From assembly GCA_903932145.1 (NCBI GenBank), contig CAIZFE010000051.1, positions 4,173 to 68,172 of the forward strand: 64,000 bases of DNA. The letters are read 5' to 3'. Both the position numbers and the translations under genes were made by a program. The notes below the pieces were generated by a model that was not told the origin of the DNA, searched no databases, and saw only the letters and a program-made list of their open reading frames with translations. Shown piece by piece: positions 1 to 10,633 of the stretch. How positions within the stretch are numbered: the first letter of the stretch is position 1; the number at the start of each line of letters is the position of its first letter. Source of the DNA: an uncultured Rhodopila sp. (lineage in GTDB: Bacteria > Pseudomonadota > Alphaproteobacteria > Acetobacterales > Acetobacteraceae).

Positions 1-1965
1 GGCGCCGGCGCGCTGACCGTTAATGCGAAGGCGGGTCATGTCGACGTCATCGGCGGCTCCGGCGGCCTGACCTACACAGAGCAGGCCGGTTTTGGCGGCT
101 CGATCATCACGACTGCCGCAGGGTCGGTGAACACGATCACCATATCAGGTCAGGACACCGTTTACAGCCAAGGTATCGACACGATTACAGAGGGGACAGG
201 CAACGCCTCGGTGACCGTAACAGATATCGCGCAAATCCATGACGGCTCGGGGAACAATCAATACACAGTACTCGGAATGGCCGATATTACCGGAGGAGGT
301 GCATCCGACTTCCTAACAGTCGGCCAGGGTGCGACCGCATTGGTCCATGGCTTGGAGGCTGCCGTCAAGATGACGTCGGTCGGCGGCGATTTCACCATCA
401 ATGCCACGATCGCGGGTTCGCTGGAACAGGCCACGGTCACGGGCGGTTCGGTCACCGTGCAATCGTACTCGAGCGCCCTCAATTTCAAGACAGCGGGCGG
501 TAGTGAGGCAGCGAGCATCGCTTTGGGCGCGGGCACTTCGAACATCCTGAGCTACGCGGCTGACACGATTTATGCCGGGTCCGGGACTGACATGGTGCAA
601 CTGAACGGTGGTGGGCAGACCGTTTACGCCGGAAGCGGGACACTACAGATCTATGGACGCGGCGTTGCCGCGAACAACGCGGCTACGGTCTATGGCAATG
701 GCGGTGATTACTTCATCGGCGGGGACACCGGGAATATCATCTACAACGGTGGTGTTCTGGCCAGTACCGTTGAGGCCCGCCTCTCGAACATCTCCGTCAT
801 TGGCGGGGCGGGGCACATCACCATCAATGGGGGTGCACGCGACACGATCTCGGGCGGTAGTGGCGGCATCACTCTGAATGGCGGCGGCGCGGATACTGTG
901 ACGACGACGGCGGGATCGACCAATATCATCACTCTGGTCGCTTCGAGTACGGTGAACAGCTACGGTCACGACACGATCAACCTTGGCACCTCCAACGAGG
1001 TTCTGACCGTGCATGGCAACGCAACGGTAATGGGCACCGGGTCGAATAGGATCACGCTGCTAGGGACCGACAGTGTCACCTCTGCCGGGGGCAATGAGAG
1101 TATCGGCGTCGGGGCGGGGGCTAACGTTACGGTCACCTCCGCGGCTTTTACCAATCTGTCCGAATCCGGGGCGACGGTCGCTTACAAGGCGAACGCCGGT
1201 CATGACAATTCAACGGCGACGGTCACCGGCGGTGCAGCCAGCATCTTCTCCGCCGCCGGCTCGGCACTGACCGTCACCACTGTCTCCGGCAACGCGACAA
1301 CGGTGAACCTTGGACAAGGCACGGCGGTGGTAGTCGCAACGGGCCGGGATACCATTCGAACCGGTGCCGCGAACACCACTGTCAACGTTCAAGCTGATGG
1401 CATCACCATTGATGGTGGCAGCGGATCGCTGACGGTTAATGACCAGGACTATTACCACCCTGGCCACAACGTCACGATCTACGGTGGCTCCGGCAACGTC
1501 TCTCTGGGTGGAGTGCAAGGGGAGAAGATGACGTTTATCGGTGGCTCCGGTAACGCCGTCATTACCGGACGGATGGGCCTTTTGTCGGTGACCGGCGGGT
1601 CCGGCTCTATCACCATGACGGGCGGTGCTGGCAGCGTGATGACTTTCATCGGCGGTTCCGGAAACGCCAACATTGCGGCGAGCCCTTCAGGGGCGGACAT
1701 CCAGTTCGGCAGCGGGACAAGCCTGGTTTCAGAGGGGGGATACGGCAACGCTGACATCTATAGCTTTCTCGTCGGTCACGGCGGTGGGGCTGACATCATC
1801 AGCGGCTTCCGAGCAGGCATTGACCAACTGAAGTTGACCGGGGTTAGCGTCGTGACCGAACAGGCGCGCGGCGGCTCGACCTACCTGACGCTGTCAGACC
1901 ACACCAGTATCCAACTCACGGGCTTCATCAACACGCTCGCGCTGGGGGTGCACGCAATAAGCTGA
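1..1965 (+). CDS. Gly-rich RTX/hemolysin-type Ca-binding repeat protein, 5'-partial (continues upstream of window); likely T1SS-type secreted protein
   Basis: Frame 1 is open from base 1 (no stop) and translates as the same repeat protein as ORF 127..1965. Iterated GGxGxD-like nonapeptide motifs (GGSGNV, GSGTDMVQL, GGGADTVT, GGGADIISGF). Low-complexity G/T/S/N-rich beta-roll-like composition. Confidence 0.6.
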   Translation, partial: GAGALTVNAKAGHVDVIGGSGGLTYTEQAGFGGSIITTAAGSVNTITISGQDTVYSQGIDTITEGTGNASVTVTDIAQIHDGSGNNQYTVLGMADITGGGASDFLTVGQGATALVHGLEAAVKMTSVGGDFTINATIAGSLEQATVTGGSVTVQSYSSALNFKTAGGSEAASIALGAGTSNILSYAADTIYAGSGTDMVQLNGGGQTVYAGSGTLQIYGRGVAANNAATVYGNGGDYFIGGDTGNIIYNGGVLASTVEARLSNISVIGGAGHITINGGARDTISGGSGGITLNGGGADTVTTTAGSTNIITLVASSTVNSYGHDTINLGTSNEVLTVHGNATVMGTGSNRITLLGTDSVTSAGGNESIGVGAGANVTVTSAAFTNLSESGATVAYKANAGHDNSTATVTGGAASIFSAAGSALTVTTVSGNATTVNLGQGTAVVVATGRDTIRTGAANTTVNVQADGITIDGGSGSLTVNDQDYYHPGHNVTIYGGSGNVSLGGVQGEKMTFIGGSGNAVITGRMGLLSVTGGSGSITMTGGAGSVMTFIGGSGNANIAASPSGADIQFGSGTSLVSEGGYGNADIYSFLVGHGGGADIISGFRAGIDQLKLTGVSVVTEQARGGSTYLTLSDHTSIQLTGFINTLALGVHAIS

Positions 1966-2123
1966 GTGCCCCGCTCAGTCTGTGAAAAGGCACGTCTGGC
2001 GATCACAGGCGTGTCCAGCGACCCATCCTTACGGACGAACATCAGATCGCGGGGAAGTCCGTTTCCTGATCGGTCTGATGCCCGTATTTCCCCGGGGCGA
2101 GGGCTTGCCTGACTGCCCAGCCT

Positions 2124-3908
2124 CTAACGAACCCGGCCCAGCGCGGCCTCGATCTCCGCCAAATGACCGAGCGTGACCTGACGACCGGCGGCGATCACCC
2201 GTTCATGGGTATCCCAGTCAAAAATGCCAACGTTACCGATCTCGGGTCTCAGCATCACATCGCCATCGTGCCGCACCCGGTTGATCGCAGTGTCGCTGCC
2301 GATGGTGCCGACACGCCACAGCAGATCCAGCATGTTGGGCAAACTCTCTCCACCGCCGGATCGCGCCGGCTTATCCAGCGATGAGCCCACATCCACGGTG
2401 ATGGCGGAACCCACACCAAACCCGCGAATCGCATCCGTCGGCACGTTGTTCAGCACACCGCCGTCGATATACACATTGTTCTGTTCAAGAATCGGCGGAC
2501 AAATCCCCGGCACCGCCGAGGTCGCCCGCAGCCAAGTTACCAGCCGTCCGGTCCGATGGATCGCCGACACCCCCTCGGTCAGGTTGGTCGAGACGCAGAA
2601 CATCGGGATCGGCAAATCCTCGATCGCTATATCGCCAAACAGGTTCCCCAACGTTCGCGCGAACGCCCGTTCGGAATACAGCGCCGTGCGCGGGATCGCG
2701 AAGTCGGAAAACCGCCGCTTGGCGAACGCCGCGGCAAGGGATCGCACGGTTACGGATACCTCATACTCCGACGCGAATACCGCCGCGACGATGGCGCCAA
2801 TGCTGGTCCCGCCGACGGCGTCGATCTGGATGTCCTGCGTTGCCAAGGCGTCGATCACGCCGACATGCGCCAACGCCCTGGCGCCGCCACCGGACAGAAC
2901 CAAGCCCAGCCCGCGTCCCGCGATCAGGCGGCTGGCGCGTCCGATGTCGGCCGGCGACCGAATATGATGGTGCCCCTCGGGGCTTGTGGCTTTCAACCAG
3001 GCGGCGGTGCGGTTCGGCACGATCCCGGCTTGCCACAGCAGCAATAGGGACAGATGCGCGCCGGACGGCAGATACTGGCGGTCGTGACCGAATGCCTCAC
3101 ACCGGGTCGGATCACTCTCGCCATCCACCACAAGCACGATGCGATCGCATTGCCGCAGGCAAAACCGGGTCCACGGCGTTGCGCGGTCGTCGGCCTGGAA
3201 CAGCACGAAATCGAAGCGCCGCTCGATCTCGGCAAACCAGAACGATGTTTGGCCCGCCGCCTGTTCCGCCGACAGCATGGTGACCGAACCGAAGGGTGTC
3301 AGACTGTCCGCTATTTGCAGCAAAATCGGCGTCGCATCGATCGTGGCATCCACCGGCACCACGCAGATTGTGGTGGGTCTGACCGGCGCCACGGAGGCCG
3401 GCCGTTCGGCCTGAAGCCGATGCACCACGCCAGAACTGATGGCCAGCAAGACGCCGGGACAGCGCTCGGACGCGGCCTGTAGGTCCCCTGTCGCGATCCG
3501 CAGAACCTCGCTGGTGCGCAGCGCTTTCACCGTGCTCGCCGATGCCGCGCCGGTTATGAACTCCACATCGCCGATGACATCGCCCGGGCCGAGGCGCACC
3601 TGCTGTCCACGGTCAACCGCGAGTCGGCCGGTTATGACAACGTATATCGCCTCAGGTTGCTCGGCCTGGATGACCAGCCTGGTGCCGCCGGGCACCGACA
3701 CAATCGTGCAAATCGCGGTCAGCGCGGCGATCGACACGGGATCGGCGAACGGAAACGCCCGGCGCAGATCGTCGGCCCTTTCCTCCAGAGCCTGATAGAA
3801 GGGCGTGGCCGGCTGGCTTGGGAACAAAAGGCTGCGGAATGACCATGTGTCTGGCACGCTGACAAACTGCTTCAGGCTGTCCAGCAGTCGGGTTGTCCCG
3901 TCCGGCAT
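2124..3908 (-). CDS. Patatin-like phospholipase with N-terminal cyclic-nucleotide-binding domain (NTE-like)
   Basis: 594-aa ORF. Patatin GxGxxG (GLVLSGGGARALAHVG), GxSxG (GTSIG) and DGG motif (YIDGGVLNNVP). N-terminal cNMP-binding-like region (GPGDVIGDVEF). Confidence 0.8.
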   Translation of the reverse strand: MPDGTTRLLDSLKQFVSVPDTWSFRSLLFPSQPATPFYQALEERADDLRRAFPFADPVSIAALTAICTIVSVPGGTRLVIQAEQPEAIYVVITGRLAVDRGQQVRLGPGDVIGDVEFITGAASASTVKALRTSEVLRIATGDLQAASERCPGVLLAISSGVVHRLQAERPASVAPVRPTTICVVPVDATIDATPILLQIADSLTPFGSVTMLSAEQAAGQTSFWFAEIERRFDFVLFQADDRATPWTRFCLRQCDRIVLVVDGESDPTRCEAFGHDRQYLPSGAHLSLLLLWQAGIVPNRTAAWLKATSPEGHHHIRSPADIGRASRLIAGRGLGLVLSGGGARALAHVGVIDALATQDIQIDAVGGTSIGAIVAAVFASEYEVSVTVRSLAAAFAKRRFSDFAIPRTALYSERAFARTLGNLFGDIAIEDLPIPMFCVSTNLTEGVSAIHRTGRLVTWLRATSAVPGICPPILEQNNVYIDGGVLNNVPTDAIRGFGVGSAITVDVGSSLDKPARSGGGESLPNMLDLLWRVGTIGSDTAINRVRHDGDVMLRPEIGNVGIFDWDTHERVIAAGRQVTLGHLAEIEAALGRVR

Positions 3909-4133
3909 GAGTGGTCCTGGCTAATCTCGAATCGCGGGGCAAGAGCGGGATCGTCTTCTTATATGATAATATAGGGTGCCCGATCTGGCGCCGCGCAAAA
4001 ATCTTGTTACCTGTGTAGGGGCGCCGGCCGGGTGCCGGCGCCCCTGTCGCCGAAACCTCTTCCACCGGCGTTCGGACTATGGCACACCGGGAACATCCCC
4101 AGAACTGATCACCCATAAGGGACAGCATTATCC

Positions 4134-7016
4134 ATGGCCGTCACTTTTGAACCGCGCGCCGGGCGTGACATCCACGTGCGTGGCGCGCGGGAACACAATT
4201 TGAAGAACGTCGATGTCGTCATTCCGCGCGACTCGCTGACGGTCATCACCGGCCTGTCGGGTTCGGGCAAGTCGTCCCTGGCGTTCGACACGATCTATGC
4301 CGAGGGTCAGCGGCGCTACGTCGAATCGCTGTCCGCCTACGCCCGCCAGTTCCTGGAACTGATGGGCAAGCCCGACGTGGACAGCATCGAGGGCCTGTCG
4401 CCGGCGATTTCCATCGAGCAGAAGACGACCTCGAAAAATCCCCGCTCCACCGTTGGCACGGTGACCGAGATCGCGGACTACATGCGCCTGTTGTGGGCCC
4501 GTGTGGGCGTGCCGTATTCGCCTGCCACCGGACTGCCGATCGAGGCGCAGACGGTCTCGCAGATGGTCGATCGCGTCATGGCGATGCCGGAAGGGACCCG
4601 CCTGCTGCTGCTCGCCCCCGTCGTGCGCGACCGCAAGGGCGAATACCGCAAGGAACTGGCCGACCTGCAACGTCGCGGCTTCACGCGCGTGAAAGTCGAT
4701 GGCGAATTGTTCGAGATTGCCGAGGTCCCTGCCCTGAACCGCAAGACCAAGCACGAGATCGAGGCCGTGGTGGACCGGCTGGTGGTGCGTGAGGGCGTCG
4801 AATCCCGGCTGGCCGATAGTTTCGAAACCGCGCTGAGCATGTCCGATGGCATCGTCTATGCCGAGAACGCCGATGGCGGCGAACGGACGATCTTCTCGTC
4901 AAAATTCGCTTGCCCGGTCAGCGGTTTTTCGATCGAGGAAATCGAACCCCGACTGTTTAGCTTCAACTCCCCGCATGGCGCCTGCCCGGCGTGCGACGGG
5001 CTGGGGGTGGAAAGCTTTTTCGATCCCGAACTGGTGGTACCGGACGACCGCGCCGGGCTCGCGGATGGGGCAATCGCGCCATGGACCGGGACGCAATCGC
5101 CCTACTACGACCAGACCCTGCAAAGCCTCGCCCGACACTACAAGCAGACTACGAAAACGCCCTGGAATGAACTGCCGGAGGATATCCGCAAGGCGATCCT
5201 GTTCGGGACCGACGAACCGATCGCCTTCACCTACAAGGACAGTGCCCGCAGCTACACGGTCACGAAACCGTTCGAGGGCGTGCTGAAGAACCTGCAGCGC
5301 CGCTGGCAGGAAACCGACAGTGCCTGGGTGCGCGAGGAAATGTCGCGCTACCAGGCGGAAAAACCCTGCGTTGTCTGCAATGGCGCTCGGTTGAAACCCG
5401 AAGCCCTGTCAGTTCGTGTCGCCGGTTCCAATATCGCCGATGCGTCGGAACTGTCGATTCGCCGTGCGCTGAGTTGGTTCGCCGAGGTGCTGCCTCAACT
5501 GACCCCGCAACGGCAGGAAATCGCCGGACGCATTCTACGCGAGATCGTGGACCGGCTGCGGTTCCTGGTCGATGTCGGGTTGGATTATCTGACATTGGCG
5601 CGCGGTTCGGCGACGTTGTCCGGTGGTGAATCGCAACGAATTCGCTTGGCCAGTCAAATCGGGTCCGGTTTGACCGGCGTGCTGTATGTGCTGGACGAAC
5701 CGTCGATCGGACTGCACCAACGTGACAACGAACGCCTGCTGGTCACGCTGCGGCGCCTGCGCGACCTCGGCAATACTGTTCTTGTTGTGGAACACGACGA
5801 AGACGCCATTCGAGCGGCCGATCATTTGATCGATATGGGTCCGGCGGCCGGGGTGAATGGCGGCTATGTGATCGCCGAGGGGACGCCGGACGAGGTCGCC
5901 GCCAATCCAAAGTCCCTGACCGGCGATTATCTGTCCGGCCGCCGCATGATCCCGCTGCCGCCGATGCGCCGCCCGATGCAGAAAGACCGCGTGCTGCGGG
6001 TCGTCGGCGCGCGCGGCAACAACCTGAAGAATATCTCCGCCAATTTTCCGCTGGGTACGTTCACTTGCGTGACCGGCGTGTCCGGCGGCGGCAAATCCAC
6101 CCTGGTGATCGACACCCTATACAAAGCCGCCGCTCGGCGTTTGATGAGCGCCGGCACCGTGCCGACATTGCATGACCGGATCGAGGGCCTGGATCAGATC
6201 GACAAGATTATCGATATTGACCAGTCTCCGATCGGGCGGACGCCGAGGTCCAACCCCGCCACGTACACCGATCTGTTCGCCCCCATCCGCGATTGGTTTG
6301 CCGAATTGCCGGAAGCCAGGGCGCGCGGCTACAAACCCGGCCGTTTCAGCTTCAACGTCAAGGGCGGACGCTGCGAGGCGTGCCAGGGCGACGGGTTGCT
6401 GAAGATCGAGATGCACTTCCTGCCCGATGTGTACGTGACCTGCGATACCTGCAAGGGCAAACGCTACACCCGCGAAACATTGGAAATCAAATTCCGCGAC
6501 AAATCCATCGCCGAGGTGCTGGCGATGAGCGTCGATGAAGCGGTGCCCTATTTCAGCGCTCAACCGCGCATCCATGACCGCCTGAAAATCCTGCAACAGG
6601 TCGGGCTGGGGTATATCGCCCTCGGCCAGCAGGCGACGACACTGTCCGGCGGTGAAGCTCAGCGCATCAAACTATCGAAGGAACTCGCTCGGCGTGCCAC
6701 CGGGCGGACGCTGTATATCCTGGACGAACCGACGACCGGGCTGCACTTCGAGGACGTTCGCAAACTGCTGGAAGTGCTGCACACGCTGGTCGATCAGGGC
6801 AACACCGTTGTGGTGATCGAGCACAATCTGGAAGTCATCAAGACCGCCGACTGGATTCTGGATCTGGGTCCCGAAGGCGGGGACGGCGGCGGCCGCATCG
6901 TGGCGGAAGGCACGCCGGAGGATATTGTAGCGAACCCGGAAAGCCATACCGGCCGGTTCCTGGCGCCGCTGCTGCCTGTGGTGGAGGCACCGAAGAAGAC
7001 GCGGCGGCGGGCTTAG
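4134..7016 (+). CDS. uvrA: Excinuclease ABC subunit A
   Basis: 960 aa. Two ABC ATPase modules with Walker A ([10 protein letters not shown]; [10 protein letters not shown]), zinc-finger cysteines (CPxC), LSGGE signatures. Canonical UvrA length and order. Confidence 0.97.
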   Translation: MAVTFEPRAGRDIHVRGAREHNLKNVDVVIPRDSLTVITGLSGSGKSSLAFDTIYAEGQRRYVESLSAYARQFLELMGKPDVDSIEGLSPAISIEQKTTSKNPRSTVGTVTEIADYMRLLWARVGVPYSPATGLPIEAQTVSQMVDRVMAMPEGTRLLLLAPVVRDRKGEYRKELADLQRRGFTRVKVDGELFEIAEVPALNRKTKHEIEAVVDRLVVREGVESRLADSFETALSMSDGIVYAENADGGERTIFSSKFACPVSGFSIEEIEPRLFSFNSPHGACPACDGLGVESFFDPELVVPDDRAGLADGAIAPWTGTQSPYYDQTLQSLARHYKQTTKTPWNELPEDIRKAILFGTDEPIAFTYKDSARSYTVTKPFEGVLKNLQRRWQETDSAWVREEMSRYQAEKPCVVCNGARLKPEALSVRVAGSNIADASELSIRRALSWFAEVLPQLTPQRQEIAGRILREIVDRLRFLVDVGLDYLTLARGSATLSGGESQRIRLASQIGSGLTGVLYVLDEPSIGLHQRDNERLLVTLRRLRDLGNTVLVVEHDEDAIRAADHLIDMGPAAGVNGGYVIAEGTPDEVAANPKSLTGDYLSGRRMIPLPPMRRPMQKDRVLRVVGARGNNLKNISANFPLGTFTCVTGVSGGGKSTLVIDTLYKAAARRLMSAGTVPTLHDRIEGLDQIDKIIDIDQSPIGRTPRSNPATYTDLFAPIRDWFAELPEARARGYKPGRFSFNVKGGRCEACQGDGLLKIEMHFLPDVYVTCDTCKGKRYTRETLEIKFRDKSIAEVLAMSVDEAVPYFSAQPRIHDRLKILQQVGLGYIALGQQATTLSGGEAQRIKLSKELARRATGRTLYILDEPTTGLHFEDVRKLLEVLHTLVDQGNTVVVIEHNLEVIKTADWILDLGPEGGDGGGRIVAEGTPEDIVANPESHTGRFLAPLLPVVEAPKKTRRRA

Positions 7017-7089
7017 GCGCCGGAAGCGCCCTGCGTCAGTTTCTGGTCCAAGGAGGTCAGACGGCTGGGCAATGCTACCCCGGACAGTG

Positions 7090-7698
7090 TCAGTCGCTGG
7101 CCATGGCGATCCGGTTCTGCATGGTGCGCAACAGCTCATCGAGGCTGTTGCCGTTGTATGCCATAATGGTCGCGGATTTCTGCCTTTGGGTCAGGCGAAA
7201 CGACGTACCGTCGGTCACGACGTCAATGATCTTCGGATTGGTCGTTGGATTGGAGATAACCCAATCGATCGCGGTGGACGGAGAATTCGGCCGGTCAATG
7301 ACCGTGAAGACGACGCCTTCCTTGTCCTTCATCTGACTGCTGACAACCGTGAATTTTACACCGGGGTCCTCTCCAAACCTGGCTGCCATGCCTAGCGTCA
7401 GAACCGCGTGAAACAGGCCGATTGAGAGCGTCTTCTGATCGGCGGTAGCGGTTCGCCAGAAACGGCCGAGGCAGAATTCGGCTATCCCGTCGACGTCAAA
7501 CGCGGCGTTAATAATGCCCCGCATGCTGGCGTGCGCTGCTCCACCCGCTGCAGTCCCGTTTACGATCGCGACGATCTTGTCGCCTGTTGTTTGGACGAAG
7601 GCGGCGACTTGCTCCGTGTCCTGCCCTCTGGCCGGCTGGACAGCAGAGATCAGCGCCGCTGCGGCGCCGAGCTTAAAAAGGTGGCTTCGGGTGATCAT
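7090..7698 (-). CDS. MlaC/Ttg2D-family (toluene-tolerance / HpnM-like) periplasmic lipid-binding protein
   Basis: Signal peptide starts at MITRSHLFKLGAAAALISA (ATG 7698). ORF-track start 7755 is a likely N-terminal over-extension. MlaC-like core (FCLGRFWRTATADQK...). Confidence 0.6.
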   Translation of the reverse strand: MITRSHLFKLGAAAALISAVQPARGQDTEQVAAFVQTTGDKIVAIVNGTAAGGAAHASMRGIINAAFDVDGIAEFCLGRFWRTATADQKTLSIGLFHAVLTLGMAARFGEDPGVKFTVVSSQMKDKEGVVFTVIDRPNSPSTAIDWVISNPTTNPKIIDVVTDGTSFRLTQRQKSATIMAYNGNSLDELLRTMQNRIAMASD

Positions 7699-7845
7699 GC
7701 GATACGGAACTCCGGTAACGCTTTTCCTGTCGAGCAGATATGTCCGGCCGAGCAATCAAGCCTTTCCGGTCGCGCCAGCGCTATCGCTTCTGCTCCGAAC
7801 TTACGCAATAGGCCAAACGCCGCGATCGAAGCTGGGAACTCATTT

Positions 7846-9414
7846 TTATGCCTTGCTCACATTCCAGAACGTTGGCGCCGGCCCCTTGCCAGGATCGCTG
7901 ATCGACCGGCTGTAGGCGATGCTCGGACGGTAACGACCGAGCGGAATGAAGGGGACGGAGTCTATGGCGAGGAGTTCGATCTTGCGTTCCAGCCGCGTCA
8001 GTTCCTCCGGGGCTTCGGCGTTCAGCCAGTCGGCATAGGCGGCCTCCATCTGAGGGTTATCCGGCCAGCCGATCCAGGCGTCCTTGCCATTGCCGCGCAA
8101 CAATGAACTGAGTAACGGATCGAGCGATTCCGGCACCGGAGTGACACTGGCGAACAGCGACCAGCCCCCCTTGTTCAGCGGTTCGCGGCTGTTTCGGCGC
8201 TGCAACACTGATCCCCAGTCCATGACCTGATCATAGACATTGACGCCGACCCGCCGCAACGAATCGATCACCACCAACGTCGCCAGATTATAGAACGGCT
8301 GATCGGTCGAGTGCAGCACCGTCAGCGGTTCGCCCTTGTATCCGGCCTCCACGAACATCGATCTTATTTCATCTATCGAGCGTTTGCGGGTGAGTTCCTC
8401 TATCCCCGCGGTATCGACCTCAGGTTTTCCGGTGGCCAGATAGCCGGTGGGCACGACGGCACTGTCCGGATCGCCGCCCATCACCGCGTCCATCACCTCC
8501 CGCTGATCGATCGCCGCCCGAATAGCGCGACGGATTTTCACGTTATCGGTGGGGGCGACCGCGTGATTGGGACGCAACTGGCTGATGACCCCGTAGTCGT
8601 CGATCCGGCCGACCTTAACGTTCGGCGCCGCTCGCAGCACCGGCAGCAGATCGGGCAATGGCATTTCCAGCCAATCGACCTCGCCGGTGATCAGCGCGTT
8701 CGCCGCCGTCGCGGCGTCGGGGATCATTTTCCACTCCATGCGGTCCACCAGCACCTTGTGGCCGCCGGACATGAAGCTGGGCTTTTCATCGCGCGGGACA
8801 TAGCGCTCCCATGGCACCAGAGCGGCGTGGCTGCCGATGACATATTCGTCCATCAGGAAACGGAACGGTCCACTGCCGATCGGTTGCGGCACCGGCTTGA
8901 ACGGGTCGGTGATTGCCATGCGCTCCGGCATCATCACGGCGGCGGTTTGCAGCTTCGACAGCAATTTTGGCAGCGACGGCAGCTTCCGTTTCATCCGCAA
9001 CACGATGGTGCGGTCGTCCACCGCGTCCAGCGAGTCCGCCCGTTGCGACAGCGTGGAGCCGACGGGATCGCGCTGCATCCAGCGGCGCAACGACGCCACA
9101 CAGTCGCGCGCCAGCACCTTCTGGCCGTCATGGAACCACAGGCCGTCGCGCAGGGTCATGGTCCAGCGCTTGCCGTCGTCCTCCACCAGATAACCGGCGA
9201 GCATCTGCGGTTTCGGGTTCATCCACTCGTCGCGACCGAACAGCACGTCGTAGATCTGAAACCCGATATTCCGGGTCGGCATGGAACTGGTCCACATCGG
9301 GTCCAGGCTCGACAACGGCGCTTGTGGCACGAAAATCAGCGTCTTCATGATGCCACCGATCGCCGGTGCAGCCAACATCGCCGCCGCCCCCGTTATCAAC
9401 GTGCGTCTTTTCAT
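7846..9414 (-). CDS. ABC transporter substrate-binding protein, family 5 (peptide/nickel/opine type)
   Basis: 522 aa. N-terminal Tat/Sec-like signal (MKRRTLITGAAAMLAAPA). SBP_bac_5-like length and composition. RBS GAGGAAA upstream of ATG. Confidence 0.8.
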   Translation of the reverse strand: MKRRTLITGAAAMLAAPAIGGIMKTLIFVPQAPLSSLDPMWTSSMPTRNIGFQIYDVLFGRDEWMNPKPQMLAGYLVEDDGKRWTMTLRDGLWFHDGQKVLARDCVASLRRWMQRDPVGSTLSQRADSLDAVDDRTIVLRMKRKLPSLPKLLSKLQTAAVMMPERMAITDPFKPVPQPIGSGPFRFLMDEYVIGSHAALVPWERYVPRDEKPSFMSGGHKVLVDRMEWKMIPDAATAANALITGEVDWLEMPLPDLLPVLRAAPNVKVGRIDDYGVISQLRPNHAVAPTDNVKIRRAIRAAIDQREVMDAVMGGDPDSAVVPTGYLATGKPEVDTAGIEELTRKRSIDEIRSMFVEAGYKGEPLTVLHSTDQPFYNLATLVVIDSLRRVGVNVYDQVMDWGSVLQRRNSREPLNKGGWSLFASVTPVPESLDPLLSSLLRGNGKDAWIGWPDNPQMEAAYADWLNAEAPEELTRLERKIELLAIDSVPFIPLGRYRPSIAYSRSISDPGKGPAPTFWNVSKA

Positions 9415-9550
9415 GTCCCGGTTTCCTCGGTTTTTCTTGGCCGTCCCATTGACCCTACCGCAGCGGCGCGACGGCGCGAAGCCTTACCGGCCTTAAAACC
9501 CTGTCCGCACGGCCTTATGCAGCAGACCCTACATCTGAAACGAGACGATC

Positions 9551-10510
9551 ATGTGGGCGGCGCCCGGGGACGGACTGAATATGCGGGTCCTTTGGACCGA
9601 CACGCCGTATGCAATGCAGCGGGTCGCGGGGCTGTACGAGGCCGGGGACATCAACGATGACGAACGTAACGACCTCGCGCACTTCATCGAGCACGGATGG
9701 CTGCTCTGGCCAGCGGCGATCACCCCCGATCTGATCGACCGTTTTGCCGCCGATATCCGAGGCCACCACGCCCACCCGGGGAAATTTCTCACCACCGATC
9801 ACCGGGCCAACAAGACCGGCCTGAAGCTGTCCGGCAGCAATCCGGATCATTTCGAAAGCTTGTTCGATCTGTACGTAAACTTGCAGTCCTCGCGCGACGT
9901 CTGCCTGCATCCGCGGATATCCCGCTTCCTGTCGTTGGTTTTCGACACCAAACCGGTAGCCTGCCAGCAGCTTCTGTTCCAGATCAGCAATGGCCATCGG
10001 GTGCATCAGGACACCTCGGTCGTCGCGGTGGAGGACCCGATGCTGCTCGCGGCGACGTGGATCGCACTCGAAGATGTACGGGAAGGCAGTGGTGAGCTGG
10101 CATTTTACGACCGCAGCCACAGGCTGCCGCACTATCTCTTCAAGGACGGAACAAAACGAACGAACTTCGCCGAAGACGATCAGACGCTGTATCAGGCCGA
10201 AATGGAAGCTGCGTGCGAGCGGGAGGGAATGGCCTATGATCGTTTCGTGGCGAAGAAGGGCGACGTGTTCTTCTGGACCGCTGATCTGGTGCATCGCAGT
10301 CACCCCGGGACCCTCCCCGAGGGCACCAGCCGGCTATCATGCGTCACGCATTATCACCCGGCGACGACGACGCCATTTTGGTTCCGGCATCATCAGAACC
10401 GCACCAAGGCGATCGATCTCGGGGATCGCGGCGCCTATGTCAGCTTGCACTATACTCTCTCAGAACAGAAAAATGGCATGCTGGTTCCGGTTTCTCCTTA
10501 TCTACGCTGA
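9551..10510 (+). CDS. Phytanoyl-CoA dioxygenase (PhyH) family Fe(II)/2-oxoglutarate-dependent oxygenase
   Basis: 319 aa. HxD...H facial triad candidates (HQDTS ... HRSH). PhyH-like layout. Alternative start at ATG 9581. Confidence 0.7.
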   Translation: MWAAPGDGLNMRVLWTDTPYAMQRVAGLYEAGDINDDERNDLAHFIEHGWLLWPAAITPDLIDRFAADIRGHHAHPGKFLTTDHRANKTGLKLSGSNPDHFESLFDLYVNLQSSRDVCLHPRISRFLSLVFDTKPVACQQLLFQISNGHRVHQDTSVVAVEDPMLLAATWIALEDVREGSGELAFYDRSHRLPHYLFKDGTKRTNFAEDDQTLYQAEMEAACEREGMAYDRFVAKKGDVFFWTADLVHRSHPGTLPEGTSRLSCVTHYHPATTTPFWFRHHQNRTKAIDLGDRGAYVSLHYTLSEQKNGMLVPVSPYLR

Positions 10511-10633
10511 GCGATAGCATCTTGCCGTTCTGCACTATAGTCATCAGCATCCCTGTTCCCGCGCCGCGACAGTTGGCCGTCGCCCCTATCAGGGTTACGA
10601 TCCCTTCAGAAAAACCCGCGGGAGGGAAAATCC

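Noticed and set aside
3990-4020. Possible LexA/SOS box (GTTAC...CTGTGTAGG) upstream of uvrA
   Set aside because: It matches neither GTTC-N7-GTTC nor CTGT-N8-ACAG half-site spacing.
4128-4754. 208-aa minus-strand ORF and several other 60-160-aa ORFs overlapping uvrA
   Set aside because: Antisense shadow ORFs are typical of high-GC DNA. They lie fully inside a canonical uvrA reading frame and have Arg/Gly/Ala-rich junk composition.
8311-9660. 449-aa plus-strand ORF antisense to the ABC substrate-binding protein gene
   Set aside because: Low-complexity R/H/G-rich translation. It is fully overlapped by a well-supported SBP gene on the other strand.
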